64,000 nucleotides of DNA from Planctomycetota bacterium (lineage in GTDB: Bacteria > Planctomycetota > Planctomycetia > Pirellulales > Lacipirellulaceae), in contig JBCCXZ010000011.1 of assembly GCA_039190745.1 (NCBI GenBank), forward strand, positions 1 through 64,000. The letters run 5' to 3'. Below the pieces are notes generated by a model. It made no database searches. It was given only the letters and a program-made list of their open reading frames with translations, and had not been told where the DNA came from. This document shows positions 26,307 to 35,851 of this stretch, piece by piece; positions within the stretch are counted from its first letter, which is position 1; each line of letters begins with the position of its first letter. A program made the translations under genes and the position numbers.

Positions 26307-29300
26307 CTAGAGTTTCGCGTTGGCGGACTCGGCAGCTTCGATCCGATCGCGGATGTCTTTGTAGTCGGGCCGTTCGAGCTCGTGGAGCAGTGCTGGCTCC
26401 ATCCCGAGGTCGGCCGCGCGGTCCCACGCCTCCCGTGCCCCCTCGGCGTCGCCGGAGAGGACGAGTGCCTGGGCCATGTGGAAGTACTTGGAGGCGGTGG
26501 GCTGGTACTGCACGGCGAGCTGCAGGTCTTCGATGGCGGCGGGGTAGTCCTCGCGGGCGATGTTGACGACCGCGCGCGAGTCGAGCACGTCCGAGATCGG
26601 CCCGAAGACTTCCATCGCCTGATCGATCAATCCGGAGGCCTCGTCGAGGCGTTCGCCTCGGAGGCCGAGCAGGTACCCGAGGTTGTTCCTGCAGGCTGCC
26701 AAGGTCTTCTCGTCGACGTCGTCGCGCTCGAGCACGCGTTCGTACGCGGCGACGGCCAGGTCGTGTTTGCCCTGGAAGTCGTAGGCCTCGGCGCGGAGGA
26801 TGATTCGTTTGGCGGAATCAGGGTCTTCGCGGAGCGCGGCGGCGAGCAGGCGGTCGACGTCTGCGTCGAGGCGGTTGTCGATCTCGTCGCGGCGGGTGCG
26901 GATCATCTGGACGGCGATCTGCAGGACGGCGTCGGGGCTGTCGTCGAACGCCGACTTGATCAGCTTAAGGGCGTCGTCGGGGTCGCCTTGCTGGGCGACG
27001 ACGGCGGTGAACTCGAGGACGGCGGATGCGTCTCTCGCGATCAACAGCTTGTAGAGCTGCAACGCGAGGTCTGCGTCTTCCAGTTCCGCCGCGAGCCTGG
27101 CGGTAGACCTGAGTTTCTTGACAGACTCTTCGTCGAGTTTGCCACTCTGCTTGGGCAGCATGGCGCTGAGCGTCTTCCGCAGCCCCTTGAGGTCTCCTTC
27201 CGCGGCGGCAAGCCTGGCCTCAAGCTGCTGGACGAGCTCCTCGGTCCCTTCGATTTTCTCCAGACGTTCGAGGTTGCGGTTGGCCCGCGTGTACTCACCG
27301 TTCTTCACCAGGAGACGGACGTACTCGGCCCACGGCGCCGGGTTGTCTGGGGTTTCGTTGACGAGGTCCAGCAGCAGTCGGTCGGCCTGGTCCCAGCGGC
27401 CAAGGCCGTCACGGATGCGGCACAGCAGGAGGCATTGCTGCAGGGGTAGGTCGCCCCGTTTGCGGAGTTCGGTCAGGATCTGCTCGGCTTCGACGAGGGA
27501 CGCGGGGTCGCGCGCGGCGGCGAGGATTTCCGAGAGGACGACGAGGTCTGTGGAGGAGAGTTCACCATCGACCGCGGACTTCTGGAGCAGATTCCTGGCT
27601 TTGCGGCTGCCGCGGTAGTCGCCCCCGCCCGCGAGCATGCGGGCCGCCTGGCGTCGGGCCCAGAGCACATCGGGGTGGTTCGGCTCGACGTCCCCAGCGT
27701 AGGAAGCGGCAAGGATGCGGTTGATGTACGGAGCCGCCTTCGCCCCGGCGGAGGGGTCTTTGCGGGACCAGAACGAGTAAAAGGTGGCCATCTTGCGGTT
27801 CACGGCAGTCGAGTCGAGCTGCTTCTCGTACACCTGCTGGTAGATCTGCTCGGCCTCTCGCTGCTGGCCGAGGAACTCGTAGTGCTGGGCAGAGACCATC
27901 GGCACGTACTCGGCCTCGAGAGCCAGGCGCGCTTGGCGCAGCGTCTGATCGAGCTTCTCGGTTTGTCGCTGTTGCAGGTAGAAGCGGATCAGCTTTGTCC
28001 AGATGGCGGGGTCGTTGGGCGTCAGCTCGGCAGAACGCAGCAGGGCGGCTTCGGTTTCTTCGGCGGCGTCGAGCTGCGCGGCGACGGAGGCGTACCACTT
28101 CTGCGTCCGACCGTCGTCCGGTTTCGACTCGAGGAGTTCTCTCGCGGCCTGGAGCGCCCTGTCTTTTTCTCCCGCTTTAGCCAGGATCTCTGCGTGGGCT
28201 TGGCCGAGCAGCCGGGTGCGGACCGAGTAGGGGATGATCTCTAGGCGCTCGCGCGCCTCGGTGAATCGTTGCTGTTCTACCAGCAGTTTGATCTGCGTGG
28301 TGACGGCGTTGAGGTTTGGCGGGCCGAATTTGAGGGCCTGGTCGAAGCTGGCCAGCGCCTGGGTAACGTCCTGCCGAAGGAGGTAGGCCAGCTGGCCCTT
28401 GAGGATGTGGAGCTCGTGCCACTCGGGGCGCCGCTTCAGGGCGGCGTCGAGCATCTTCTCGGAGTTTTTGAACTTCTCGCGGCCGCCCTCGGGGTCGGTG
28501 CCGAACTCGAGGATGTCCCGCTTGATGTTGGTGACCACGTAGCTGGGGTCTCGTTGATCGCCGACGAGGTCGAGGATGAGTTTCTGCGACCGGTTGAGCT
28601 CGTCTTCGTCGTTCTCGAGCATCGCGAGGTCGAAGAGCTCCATCAGGATCGGGAGGTTGGTGGGCTCTAGTTTGAGGGCGGTGTTCCAGCACCTACGGGC
28701 GTCGTCGAATTGACCGATCTGCCGGAACTTCGACCCGACGACCCTCCAGACGCGCGACTGGTCGCTGTTCTGGAAGTCGTCCATCTCGGTGGTCAGTGCG
28801 TTGAGCTGCTGCGGGAGGTTCTCGTCGTTGATCGAGACAATCAGGTCGGCGCGGAGGACGCGCATGGTGCCGTTGTCGCCGTACTTTTCGGTGATCGAGT
28901 CGAGCAGCTCGAGGGCCCGGGTCGGCCCGGAACCGGGCTCGAGCTGGAGCATGCGGACGGCGGCGAGGCGTACGGAGATGTCGTCGGGGTCGGCGGCAAA
29001 GGCGCGTTTAATGGCTTGGCGGGCTTCGGTGAACAGTCCCCGCTTGACGAGGATGTTGGCCCGGATTAGTTCGGAGCGCGACTCGACGAAGCCGCCGCGT
29101 TCGAGGAACAGGTCGACCTCTTCGTTGATCCGGTCCCAGTCTTGCTGTTCCTCGGGCAGTTCGAGCGTCCGCTTGACGAGCCCGTCGATCGAGTTGCCCT
29201 CGGGCGTCCTGAGCTGGTTGAGCTTGGCCTTCATGCGTGAAACGCCTGAGGCGGCGGCCGCCATGTCGGGGTTGTCGGCGGCGACGCGTTTGTAGACTTT

Positions 29301-30578
29301 CAACGCGAGGTCGTGTTTGCCGAGTTGCTCGTAGCACTGGCCGAGCAGTACGCCCGCCTTGGCCCGTCGGTCGGCGTCGAGCCCCATCGCGGACCGGGCG
29401 CCCTTGAGCAGCTTAATGGCCTGGGTCCACTGCGACTTGCGGATCGCGGCCTGGGCTTTGGCAAAATCGATGATCGGTTGCAGGGCCGGGGCGTTGAGCT
29501 TCTGCAGGTCTTCGATTTGTTCTTCGGCTCCTTGCGTGTCTCCCTGGATGAGGCAGGCCTCGATTTTGAAGAGCGCGAGGCTGAGCGACCGCTTGAGCCC
29601 GATCTGCTTGATCCCCTGGTCGAGATACTTCTCGGCCGTTCCGAATTCCTCTTTCGCGAACTCGACTCGGGCGAGCTGGCTGTAGAAGTAGGCGTTATCG
29701 GGGTGCTCTTCGATGGCCTGCAGGAGGATCTCGGTTGCCTTGTCATAGTCTTTATCGGTGAGCGCGACCTGGCTCATCAAGCTCAGCACGTCGGAGTCGG
29801 TTGGGTTGAGCTCGTAGGCGCGGTCGAGAGCGACACGCGACTCGTCGAGCTTATCCTGACTACGCAGCAGGAGCGCCTGCTTCACATAGGCCACGTGGGA
29901 GTCGGGGTTGACCTCGACCATCCGTTGGATGATCTGCTCGGCCAACTCGGCGTCTTCCTCACGCGTGAGTACGTGCGCGGCGAGTAGGCCGTAGACTTCT
30001 GCTTCTTTGGGCGCCTTGGCCTTGCTCTCGTCGAAGGCGCTGGCTTTCTTGTCGTAGCCGATTAGCTCCATCGCGTAGGGCACGGCGGCACGGTAGTCCT
30101 TGGCCTGGAAGAGGGCCTTGGCCCGCAGCCCCATCAATTCGGTATTGTTGGGGTCTTCTTTGAGCAGGTCGCGGAGGTTGGTCTCGGCGTCGCCGGGGCG
30201 TCGTATCACATCGAGCTGCATGTCGACCAGCTTGCGGCGTAGTTCCGAGTCGCCGGTTTCGCGGACGGCCTTGTCGAGGTAGGCGTAGGCGGTGCCGATG
30301 TCCTCGTTCTCGGCGTCGGGCAGTTCGAGGACGGCCAGAGCGATCTCGGTCCGTCGTTTCTTGGCGTCTTCCTCCGGCCGGAGCTGGACGAACATGCTCT
30401 GGTAGCGGAGGGCCTCGCGGGGGTCGCCGTCGGCGAGCTGCTTCTCGGCCCTCTCTTGGTACCAGTTGGCGCTCCTGTTGATCTGGTAGCGCCAAAGAAA
30501 ATAGCCCCCGCCGGAGGCGACCAGGCTGCCGACGACCAGACCGATGAGCAGCGTGTAGTTGACGCGGTAGCGTTGCAT
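26307..30578 (-). CDS. Large membrane-anchored tetratricopeptide repeat protein (1423 aa)
   Basis: N-terminal TM helix, many TPR-like repeats, C-terminal NNLGYLL...A..LID.A...G....LDSRA. Confidence 0.85.
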   Translation of the reverse strand: MQRYRVNYTLLIGLVVGSLVASGGGYFLWRYQINRSANWYQERAEKQLADGDPREALRYQSMFVQLRPEEDAKKRRTEIALAVLELPDAENEDIGTAYAYLDKAVRETGDSELRRKLVDMQLDVIRRPGDAETNLRDLLKEDPNNTELMGLRAKALFQAKDYRAAVPYAMELIGYDKKASAFDESKAKAPKEAEVYGLLAAHVLTREEDAELAEQIIQRMVEVNPDSHVAYVKQALLLRSQDKLDESRVALDRAYELNPTDSDVLSLMSQVALTDKDYDKATEILLQAIEEHPDNAYFYSQLARVEFAKEEFGTAEKYLDQGIKQIGLKRSLSLALFKIEACLIQGDTQGAEEQIEDLQKLNAPALQPIIDFAKAQAAIRKSQWTQAIKLLKGARSAMGLDADRRAKAGVLLGQCYEQLGKHDLALKVYKRVAADNPDMAAAASGVSRMKAKLNQLRTPEGNSIDGLVKRTLELPEEQQDWDRINEEVDLFLERGGFVESRSELIRANILVKRGLFTEARQAIKRAFAADPDDISVRLAAVRMLQLEPGSGPTRALELLDSITEKYGDNGTMRVLRADLIVSINDENLPQQLNALTTEMDDFQNSDQSRVWRVVGSKFRQIGQFDDARRCWNTALKLEPTNLPILMELFDLAMLENDEDELNRSQKLILDLVGDQRDPSYVVTNIKRDILEFGTDPEGGREKFKNSEKMLDAALKRRPEWHELHILKGQLAYLLRQDVTQALASFDQALKFGPPNLNAVTTQIKLLVEQQRFTEARERLEIIPYSVRTRLLGQAHAEILAKAGEKDRALQAARELLESKPDDGRTQKWYASVAAQLDAAEETEAALLRSAELTPNDPAIWTKLIRFYLQQRQTEKLDQTLRQARLALEAEYVPMVSAQHYEFLGQQREAEQIYQQVYEKQLDSTAVNRKMATFYSFWSRKDPSAGAKAAPYINRILAASYAGDVEPNHPDVLWARRQAARMLAGGGDYRGSRKARNLLQKSAVDGELSSTDLVVLSEILAAARDPASLVEAEQILTELRKRGDLPLQQCLLLCRIRDGLGRWDQADRLLLDLVNETPDNPAPWAEYVRLLVKNGEYTRANRNLERLEKIEGTEELVQQLEARLAAAEGDLKGLRKTLSAMLPKQSGKLDEESVKKLRSTARLAAELEDADLALQLYKLLIARDASAVLEFTAVVAQQGDPDDALKLIKSAFDDSPDAVLQIAVQMIRTRRDEIDNRLDADVDRLLAAALREDPDSAKRIILRAEAYDFQGKHDLAVAAYERVLERDDVDEKTLAACRNNLGYLLGLRGERLDEASGLIDQAMEVFGPISDVLDSRAVVNIAREDYPAAIEDLQLAVQYQPTASKYFHMAQALVLSGDAEGAREAWDRAADLGMEPALLHELERPDYKDIRDRIEAAESANAKL

Positions 30579-31040
30579 GATGGGTTTCTGCGTCTGGTTT
30601 GGCGGTGTGTTTGGTTTGGCGGCGTATCGGGCTGGGCGTTCTGCAACGCCGGTCTTACGCCCTGAGTTCGTGAGGACCGGGGTTCCGCAGAACTCCGGGT
30701 GTTCCGGTCAAGGGGCAGTCCGGCGCCGCCTAGCCCTTCGAGTCGTGTGCCTGGCCCGCTGCACTGTCGAGCACCGCGTCCACGCCTGCCCGATTGCGGC
30801 CTTTTCCCTGCAGGCCCGTTCGCTGCTTGACCGGAAGGGCTCGAAGCCCTTGGTTCGCCCGGCCGACGCCGGTTAGCAGCTTATATTCCCGGTTCATACT
30901 ATCCCTGTGTCGGAGCCTGTCAACGAGGCGGCTTGCTGCTGTCGGACAAGCGTTCTCGCCGTATTTATCCAGGTGTTTCCTGCGATCGGGGCGACCGGAG
31001 AGTTCGGAACCCAACGCCTGCATGCACTCGCCGGGAACGC

Positions 31041-32756
31041 TCACCGCAGCGTCACCTCGACCGGTTTGGACCGCACGCCGGGGCTGCCCGTTGATTCTGC
31101 GAAAACCAGGCTCTTTCCTGCGCCCAGTTTGTCAGCCGGGATCGAGAGCGTGCCCCTGCCGCGGGAAACCCTGCCGAGCTCTCGCCCGTTGTGGAGCAGG
31201 CGGATGGAGTCCTTAACCGTAGAATCGATGCGCACCGACAGGTCTTGCTTGCCGGGCGTGGTTCCGACCTTTGTGACGGTGAGTTGGATTGCGTCGGTGC
31301 CGTTCTTGACCCGGATGCTGCCGCTCCAGCGGCTCTGCGACAGGATGGGCGTCTTCTCGATGGCGGTCAGCACGAGGGTGTGGCGGCCGTCGGCCAGCTT
31401 GGTGCTGTCGAACTTGAGCTCGCCGCCGGGCTTGGCGGCCGCGGTGAGCTTGCCGTCGACGTAGAGCAGCACGGCGGCGACCTCCGCGGCCCGTTCACTC
31501 TCCAGCCGCGGCTTGACCGAGACAATTCCACGCACGGTGCTCCCATCGGCGAGTTCTTCGGGCTCGACGCTCGGCGGGTCGGCGTAGGGCTGGCAGAGCG
31601 GGTCGCCGACCACAATGAGCTGGAAGGGGCTCAAGACCGACTGGTAGAAGGCTTCGGCCATGCTGCATCCGCGGGCGTAGTGGAGGTGGAGCTCGGCGGT
31701 GGGGAACTTGGTGGTGTTTGCGGTCGGCTCGATGACGGTGCCGCAAGCGCCGGCCCCGCCGTTGTTAAGGAACTCGGTGAGGAGTGTTTGGGCGCGCGGG
31801 CCCGGGGGGCGGTCGAACATGCCGCCGAAGCTGGTGAGGTTGTCTCCCAGGGCCCCGGGACGGAGCTTGGAGCGCGACTCGCGGAGGCTGTACTGGGGCG
31901 TGCCGCAAGTGACGCCGATGATGTCTCCCTTGCCTGAGGGGAAGGTCCCTTGGAGCTTTTGGACACGCACCCCGGCCAACCCGATCTGCTTGAGCGCCTG
32001 CGGGAATTGCTTCTCACGCACGGCCGACCGGATGTCGCGACTGGTCATCAGGTAGACGGATCCCTCGGGCTTGGTGCCGTCGGCTTGGGCGGACTTGGTG
32101 AGGTAGGACTTGATCTGGTCGACGGTGCTCGCCTTTTTGTAGGTGACCCCGAGCATGGCAGACATCATGTAGCGCACCCCGCCTTTGGGGACGCGGCGGC
32201 CGTCGGGGCCCCAGCGGTTTTCGGCGTCGAAGGCCCGGGACATCGTGACGCCCAGAGAACGGCGGGCGAAGTAGCGGTTGGTGTTTGGGGCGAGGAGCGT
32301 CTTCGGCTGTTCTTTGGCGATCTGTCCGAGGTACGTGGCGCTGGTGATGGAGACCAGCGGCGCCGAGCCCGGCCTGGGCGGGGTGGGGCCCACCTGCTCT
32401 CGGAAGTCGATGCGGAAGGGGAAGTCGGCGGAGTAGACGACGCAGTCGATCTGCTTTTCGAGCCCCCGGGATTGGATGGCCTCTTCGATGGGTCCGAGGA
32501 TCGACTTGAGGAAGACCGAACCGCGCGTGGCTCGTGCGCCGGTGGGCCACTTGATGTAGAGGACGTTGCCGGCCGGGATGCCGCGGACGTCGATGTAGTG
32601 GTTGGCGACCGCTAGCGACTCTGGGCTCTGCGAATTCACGACGAGGAGCACGTTTTCCGGCCCGCCGCCGGCCCACGCGAGCACGGGCGTCGCTAGCACG
32701 GCCGCGAGCACCGCCGTTGTGAGCCGGGCCGAATTGGGGGCCTGATTGAATCGCAT
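31041..32756 (-). CDS. TIGR03790-like secreted protein with a C-terminal Ig-like domain
   Basis: AGGGPENVLLVVN..S..S..VANHY...R.IP..NV, DNLTSFGG, G.V.EP..KFP and EAFYQSV..P.QL.VVGDPLC.P motifs. Confidence 0.75.
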   Translation of the reverse strand: MRFNQAPNSARLTTAVLAAVLATPVLAWAGGGPENVLLVVNSQSPESLAVANHYIDVRGIPAGNVLYIKWPTGARATRGSVFLKSILGPIEEAIQSRGLEKQIDCVVYSADFPFRIDFREQVGPTPPRPGSAPLVSITSATYLGQIAKEQPKTLLAPNTNRYFARRSLGVTMSRAFDAENRWGPDGRRVPKGGVRYMMSAMLGVTYKKASTVDQIKSYLTKSAQADGTKPEGSVYLMTSRDIRSAVREKQFPQALKQIGLAGVRVQKLQGTFPSGKGDIIGVTCGTPQYSLRESRSKLRPGALGDNLTSFGGMFDRPPGPRAQTLLTEFLNNGGAGACGTVIEPTANTTKFPTAELHLHYARGCSMAEAFYQSVLSPFQLIVVGDPLCQPYADPPSVEPEELADGSTVRGIVSVKPRLESERAAEVAAVLLYVDGKLTAAAKPGGELKFDSTKLADGRHTLVLTAIEKTPILSQSRWSGSIRVKNGTDAIQLTVTKVGTTPGKQDLSVRIDSTVKDSIRLLHNGRELGRVSRGRGTLSIPADKLGAGKSLVFAESTGSPGVRSKPVEVTLR

Positions 32757-33129
32757 GACTACCTGTGAGGCGTTGGTCAACAACGGGCTGCAGCAAAGTT
32801 GGGACTACTTGTACGCCCGCGGAGTTCCCTCGGCAAACGGAAACGTGGTCGGCGGCCGATTTGCGGGGGCGGATACTGCCGCGGTGCTTCTGGCCTCGCG
32901 GAGACGGTGTGCGTCCTCGACCTGGGCTTTATCAAGCTCTGCCACATTGTGGAACGGGTCCCGGATGGACGCGCAGCCCACTTGCCGGGCTGATGTGGGA
33001 GAGCTCTGCCACAAGATCTGCCATAAGAATCGGGCAAGCTGTTTGGCGGGCTTTTGGCCCCCCTGATCGCTGCCCACAGGTCAGGATACACTGAGCGAAG
33101 TAGGCCCGGCAGTTTCGGAGGTCGATGCG

Positions 33130-33624
33130 ATGAGTGAAGAAGCCGCGCCCCTGGTCGGGGTGATCATGGGCAGCCGCAGCGATTGGGAGACCATGCGGGC
33201 GGCGGCCGACGTGCTGAGCGAGTTCGGCGTCGCTCACGAGTGCCAGATCGTGTCGGCGCACCGGACGCCGGAGTGGATGAGCACGTACGCCCTGAGCGCC
33301 GAGGAGCGCGGGCTGGAGGTGGTGATCGCCGGCGCCGGTGGCGCGGCGCACCTGCCCGGGATGGTGGCTTCGATGACGGTGCTGCCGGTGCTGGGCGTGC
33401 CGGTGCAAAGCAAAGCGCTCAACGGCTTGGACTCGCTGCTCTCGATCGTGCAAATGCCGGGCGGCGTGCCGGTGGGGACTTTGGCGATCGGTGCCCCAGG
33501 GGCCAAGAACGCCGGGCTGCTGGCGGTGCGGATTCTTGCCGCGTCGCGGCCCGAGCTGCGGCAGAAGCTGCAGGCGTTCCATGAAGAACAGGCGGACAAG
33601 GTGCGCGGGGACGCCTTAGAGTGA
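33130..33624 (+). CDS. purE: N5-CAIR mutase
   Basis: [28 protein letters not shown] and [11 protein letters not shown] motifs. Confidence 0.95.
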   Translation: MSEEAAPLVGVIMGSRSDWETMRAAADVLSEFGVAHECQIVSAHRTPEWMSTYALSAEERGLEVVIAGAGGAAHLPGMVASMTVLPVLGVPVQSKALNGLDSLLSIVQMPGGVPVGTLAIGAPGAKNAGLLAVRILAASRPELRQKLQAFHEEQADKVRGDALE

Positions 33625-33643
33625 GCGTGTCCCCTGCTGCTTG

Positions 33644-34735
33644 CTAGTTGCTCGCGGCGTCGACTTCGGCACGGGCCTTGGCGACGGCCGACGCGATGCG
33701 TCGGACGTTGCTCCAGTCGTCCTTGTAGTTGATCTCGACGAAACCGACGGCTCCGCTGGGGCCCCATTCGGCTTCCAGGCCGGTGCCCGACCAGTCGAAT
33801 CCGAGCAGCACCTCTTGGATCGCTTCCTTGAGTTCGGGCTTTAGGTTGTGGGCGTAACCCACGGCGGCTGGCGGGAAGAGCTCCGACTCGTAGATAGCGC
33901 GGATGGCGTCGGGGGCGACCTCGCCTCGGCCCTGCATGCCGTCGAGTAGGTCGCTCGCGACGGCGGCGACGTCAACCTCTTTGTTCGCGACACGCTGGAT
34001 CGACTGTTCGTGGCCGTAGGTGAACCCCCAGCGATAGTCGCGTTCAGGCAGCCAGTTGTGCTCTTCCAGCAGTAGCACGAGCGGCGCCTTGTAGCCGCTG
34101 TTGGAGCGGGGCCGGGTGAAGGCGACGCGTTTGCCCCCAAGGTCGGCGGTTTCTTTGATCTTGCTGTCGGCGGCAACGATCATCTTCATCTTGTAGCCGT
34201 AGGTGCCGTCCTCGCGGCCGAAGGTGCAGACGGGTATGAACCCCGATTCGTTGACGCCCGCGAGCGCGGCTCCGGTGGAGAACCCGGAGATGTGCAGCTC
34301 GCCCTCGCGGAGGGCGCGTAGCTGCTCGCCGGTGTCGGTGTAAACGACGTATTCAACCGGCTTGCCGAGGCGCTCGGCGAGTGCGGCGACGAGTTCTTTC
34401 CAGGGGGCGGCGGCTTCCTCGCCGGTTTGGCTTGTGTTGGCGATGTAGGTGAACTTGATTGTCTCGGGGTCGAACAGCTCGCCGGCGTCGGTCGGCTCGT
34501 CGGCGACGAGGTCGCCGTCGGCGTCTTGGTAGGCCTCGGCCAGTTTGTCGGGCGCTGCCTCGGAGGAGAGGATCCCGCGGAGGGTTTTGTTGACCAACTC
34601 CTCGTTGGCGTTCGCCTTGAGGTTAGAGGCGTATTTCTGCCCGCCCAGATAACCGACGACCGCCAGGAACGCAACGATACCGAGTAGCCCCCAGGCGATG
34701 GACGGGCGGCTGGGTTCGGGAGACGACTCGGACAT
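33644..34735 (-). CDS. Phosphate/phosphite/phosphonate ABC substrate-binding (PhnD-like) protein
   Basis: SNSGYKAP, GHEQSI..V....VDVAAVASD and IYESELFP motifs, plus an N-terminal TM anchor. Confidence 0.8.
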   Translation of the reverse strand: MSESSPEPSRPSIAWGLLGIVAFLAVVGYLGGQKYASNLKANANEELVNKTLRGILSSEAAPDKLAEAYQDADGDLVADEPTDAGELFDPETIKFTYIANTSQTGEEAAAPWKELVAALAERLGKPVEYVVYTDTGEQLRALREGELHISGFSTGAALAGVNESGFIPVCTFGREDGTYGYKMKMIVAADSKIKETADLGGKRVAFTRPRSNSGYKAPLVLLLEEHNWLPERDYRWGFTYGHEQSIQRVANKEVDVAAVASDLLDGMQGRGEVAPDAIRAIYESELFPPAAVGYAHNLKPELKEAIQEVLLGFDWSGTGLEAEWGPSGAVGFVEINYKDDWSNVRRIASAVAKARAEVDAASN

Positions 34736-34923
34736 GCTGCTACCTGAGTAAGTGTCTGGCTGCGGCGCGACGGCGGCCTACGCGGGACGCCGTCTGCAGG
34801 CCGATTGAGGCTGATCCGGACAGGCCAGAATACCATTTGGCCTGCCAGTTTCAATGAACTAGCGGCCCGTTGGCAGGGGGGTCCGAGAGCGGTGGCTTGG
34901 CTGCCGTGAGGAGGGGCCTGCCG

Positions 34924-35322
34924 CTAGATAGTGATGCCGATCGCCTTGGCCCTGAGCGTGAGCCCCGGCCGGAAGAAGACCATGGGCCTAAGGGCGCGCT
35001 TGGGTCCGCGGAGGGCGGCCCGACGGCGGGACCAGAAGAAGGTGCTGTCGACCAGCGAGCGGGGCAGCTTCCCGGTGTTGACGAGGGTGACCACCTTGTC
35101 GATGAAGGCAAAGTCGGCCTTGGTGACGGCCCGGAGGCCGACCCGTAGTTGGTCGGAGAGCGACACCTGCAGGCCGGGCCCGAAGGTGGTGGACCCGATG
35201 GTGCTGGGCGTGGCCGGCTGGGCCCGCACTGGGGAGGGCGGCAACTGGGCGGCCGCGGTCGCCAGGAGCAGTGTCGTTAAGCAGGCCGTTCTCACCGGAA
35301 TTTTATTCGCCAGGTTGGGCAT
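34924..35322 (-). CDS. Small secreted hypothetical protein
   Basis: Signal-like N-terminus, then conserved-looking L.DQL..GLRA...DFAFIDKVV.LV..GKLP..LVDSTF.W. Confidence 0.65.
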   Translation of the reverse strand: MPNLANKIPVRTACLTTLLLATAAAQLPPSPVRAQPATPSTIGSTTFGPGLQVSLSDQLRVGLRAVTKADFAFIDKVVTLVNTGKLPRSLVDSTFFWSRRRAALRGPKRALRPMVFFRPGLTLRAKAIGITI

Positions 35323-35637
35323 CGAGAGCGGCCTCTTGAGAAAAGGTGGGGCGAACAGTTCGCCGGACGTTCCAGGCGTCTTCTGGAGTCGGCGGGAGGG
35401 TACGAAAAGGAGTCGGCGGAGGGCAAGGCCGGTCGCCGCCTGCGTAGTGGTGCATGCAGACGGGGTACTTTCCGGCGCGCCGATTGCAGAGCCGGTTTCT
35501 GCCCGCCGGCCCCTGTTCCGGGAGGTAGAATTATCGTGTAATGTCCCGCCCTCGCACGGTTCGGCTCACGGCCGGCGGCGTCGCGGGCCGATGACTGCAC
35601 ACGAGACTATCACGCCGCCTAGGCGGCGTTTACGAAT

Positions 35638-35776
35638 CAAACTTCCTGGTCGCTATTCCGTCGGGAGGACCAATTTTTTGGATTGGCTTGAGTCGAAACA
35701 CGGCAGCGCGCAGCGCTGTCCGACCCACGCCTTTCTTCCAGCGACTCCACACCGTCGCAATGAGGCCGGAAGTTTG
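35638..35776 (+). ncRNA. Rod-shaped structured RNA with central bubble; 6S RNA (ssrS) candidate
   Basis: Nested pairings CAAACTTCC/GGAAGTTTG, GGTC/GGCC, TATTCCGTCGG/CCGTCGCAATG, a 14/11-nt bubble, TGGA/TCCA, GGCTTGAGTCG/CGACCCACGCC and apical GGCAGCGC/GCGCTGTC. A terminator follows. Confidence 0.55.
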
Positions 35777-35784
35777 TCTACAAT

Positions 35785-35830
35785 AGGAAGAGGCCGGGCG
35801 CCGCAGTGAGCGGGCCCGGCCTTTTTCTTT
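35785..35830 (+). terminator. Intrinsic terminator, possibly bidirectional
   Basis: AGGAAGAGGCCGGGC...GCCCGGCCTTTTTCTTT. Confidence 0.75.
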
Positions 35831-35851
35831 GCGCGGGCTTAGCCGCCCCGG

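Noticed and set aside
30596..30622. Direct repeat TGGTTTGGCGG twice upstream of the TPR gene
   Set aside because: Short, low-complexity and only two copies; not enough to call a regulatory site.
35591..35809. Short plus-strand ORF (MTAHETIT...) over the structured RNA candidate
   Set aside because: No RBS, unconvincing composition, and its stop falls inside the terminator. End-to-end base pairing explains the region better.
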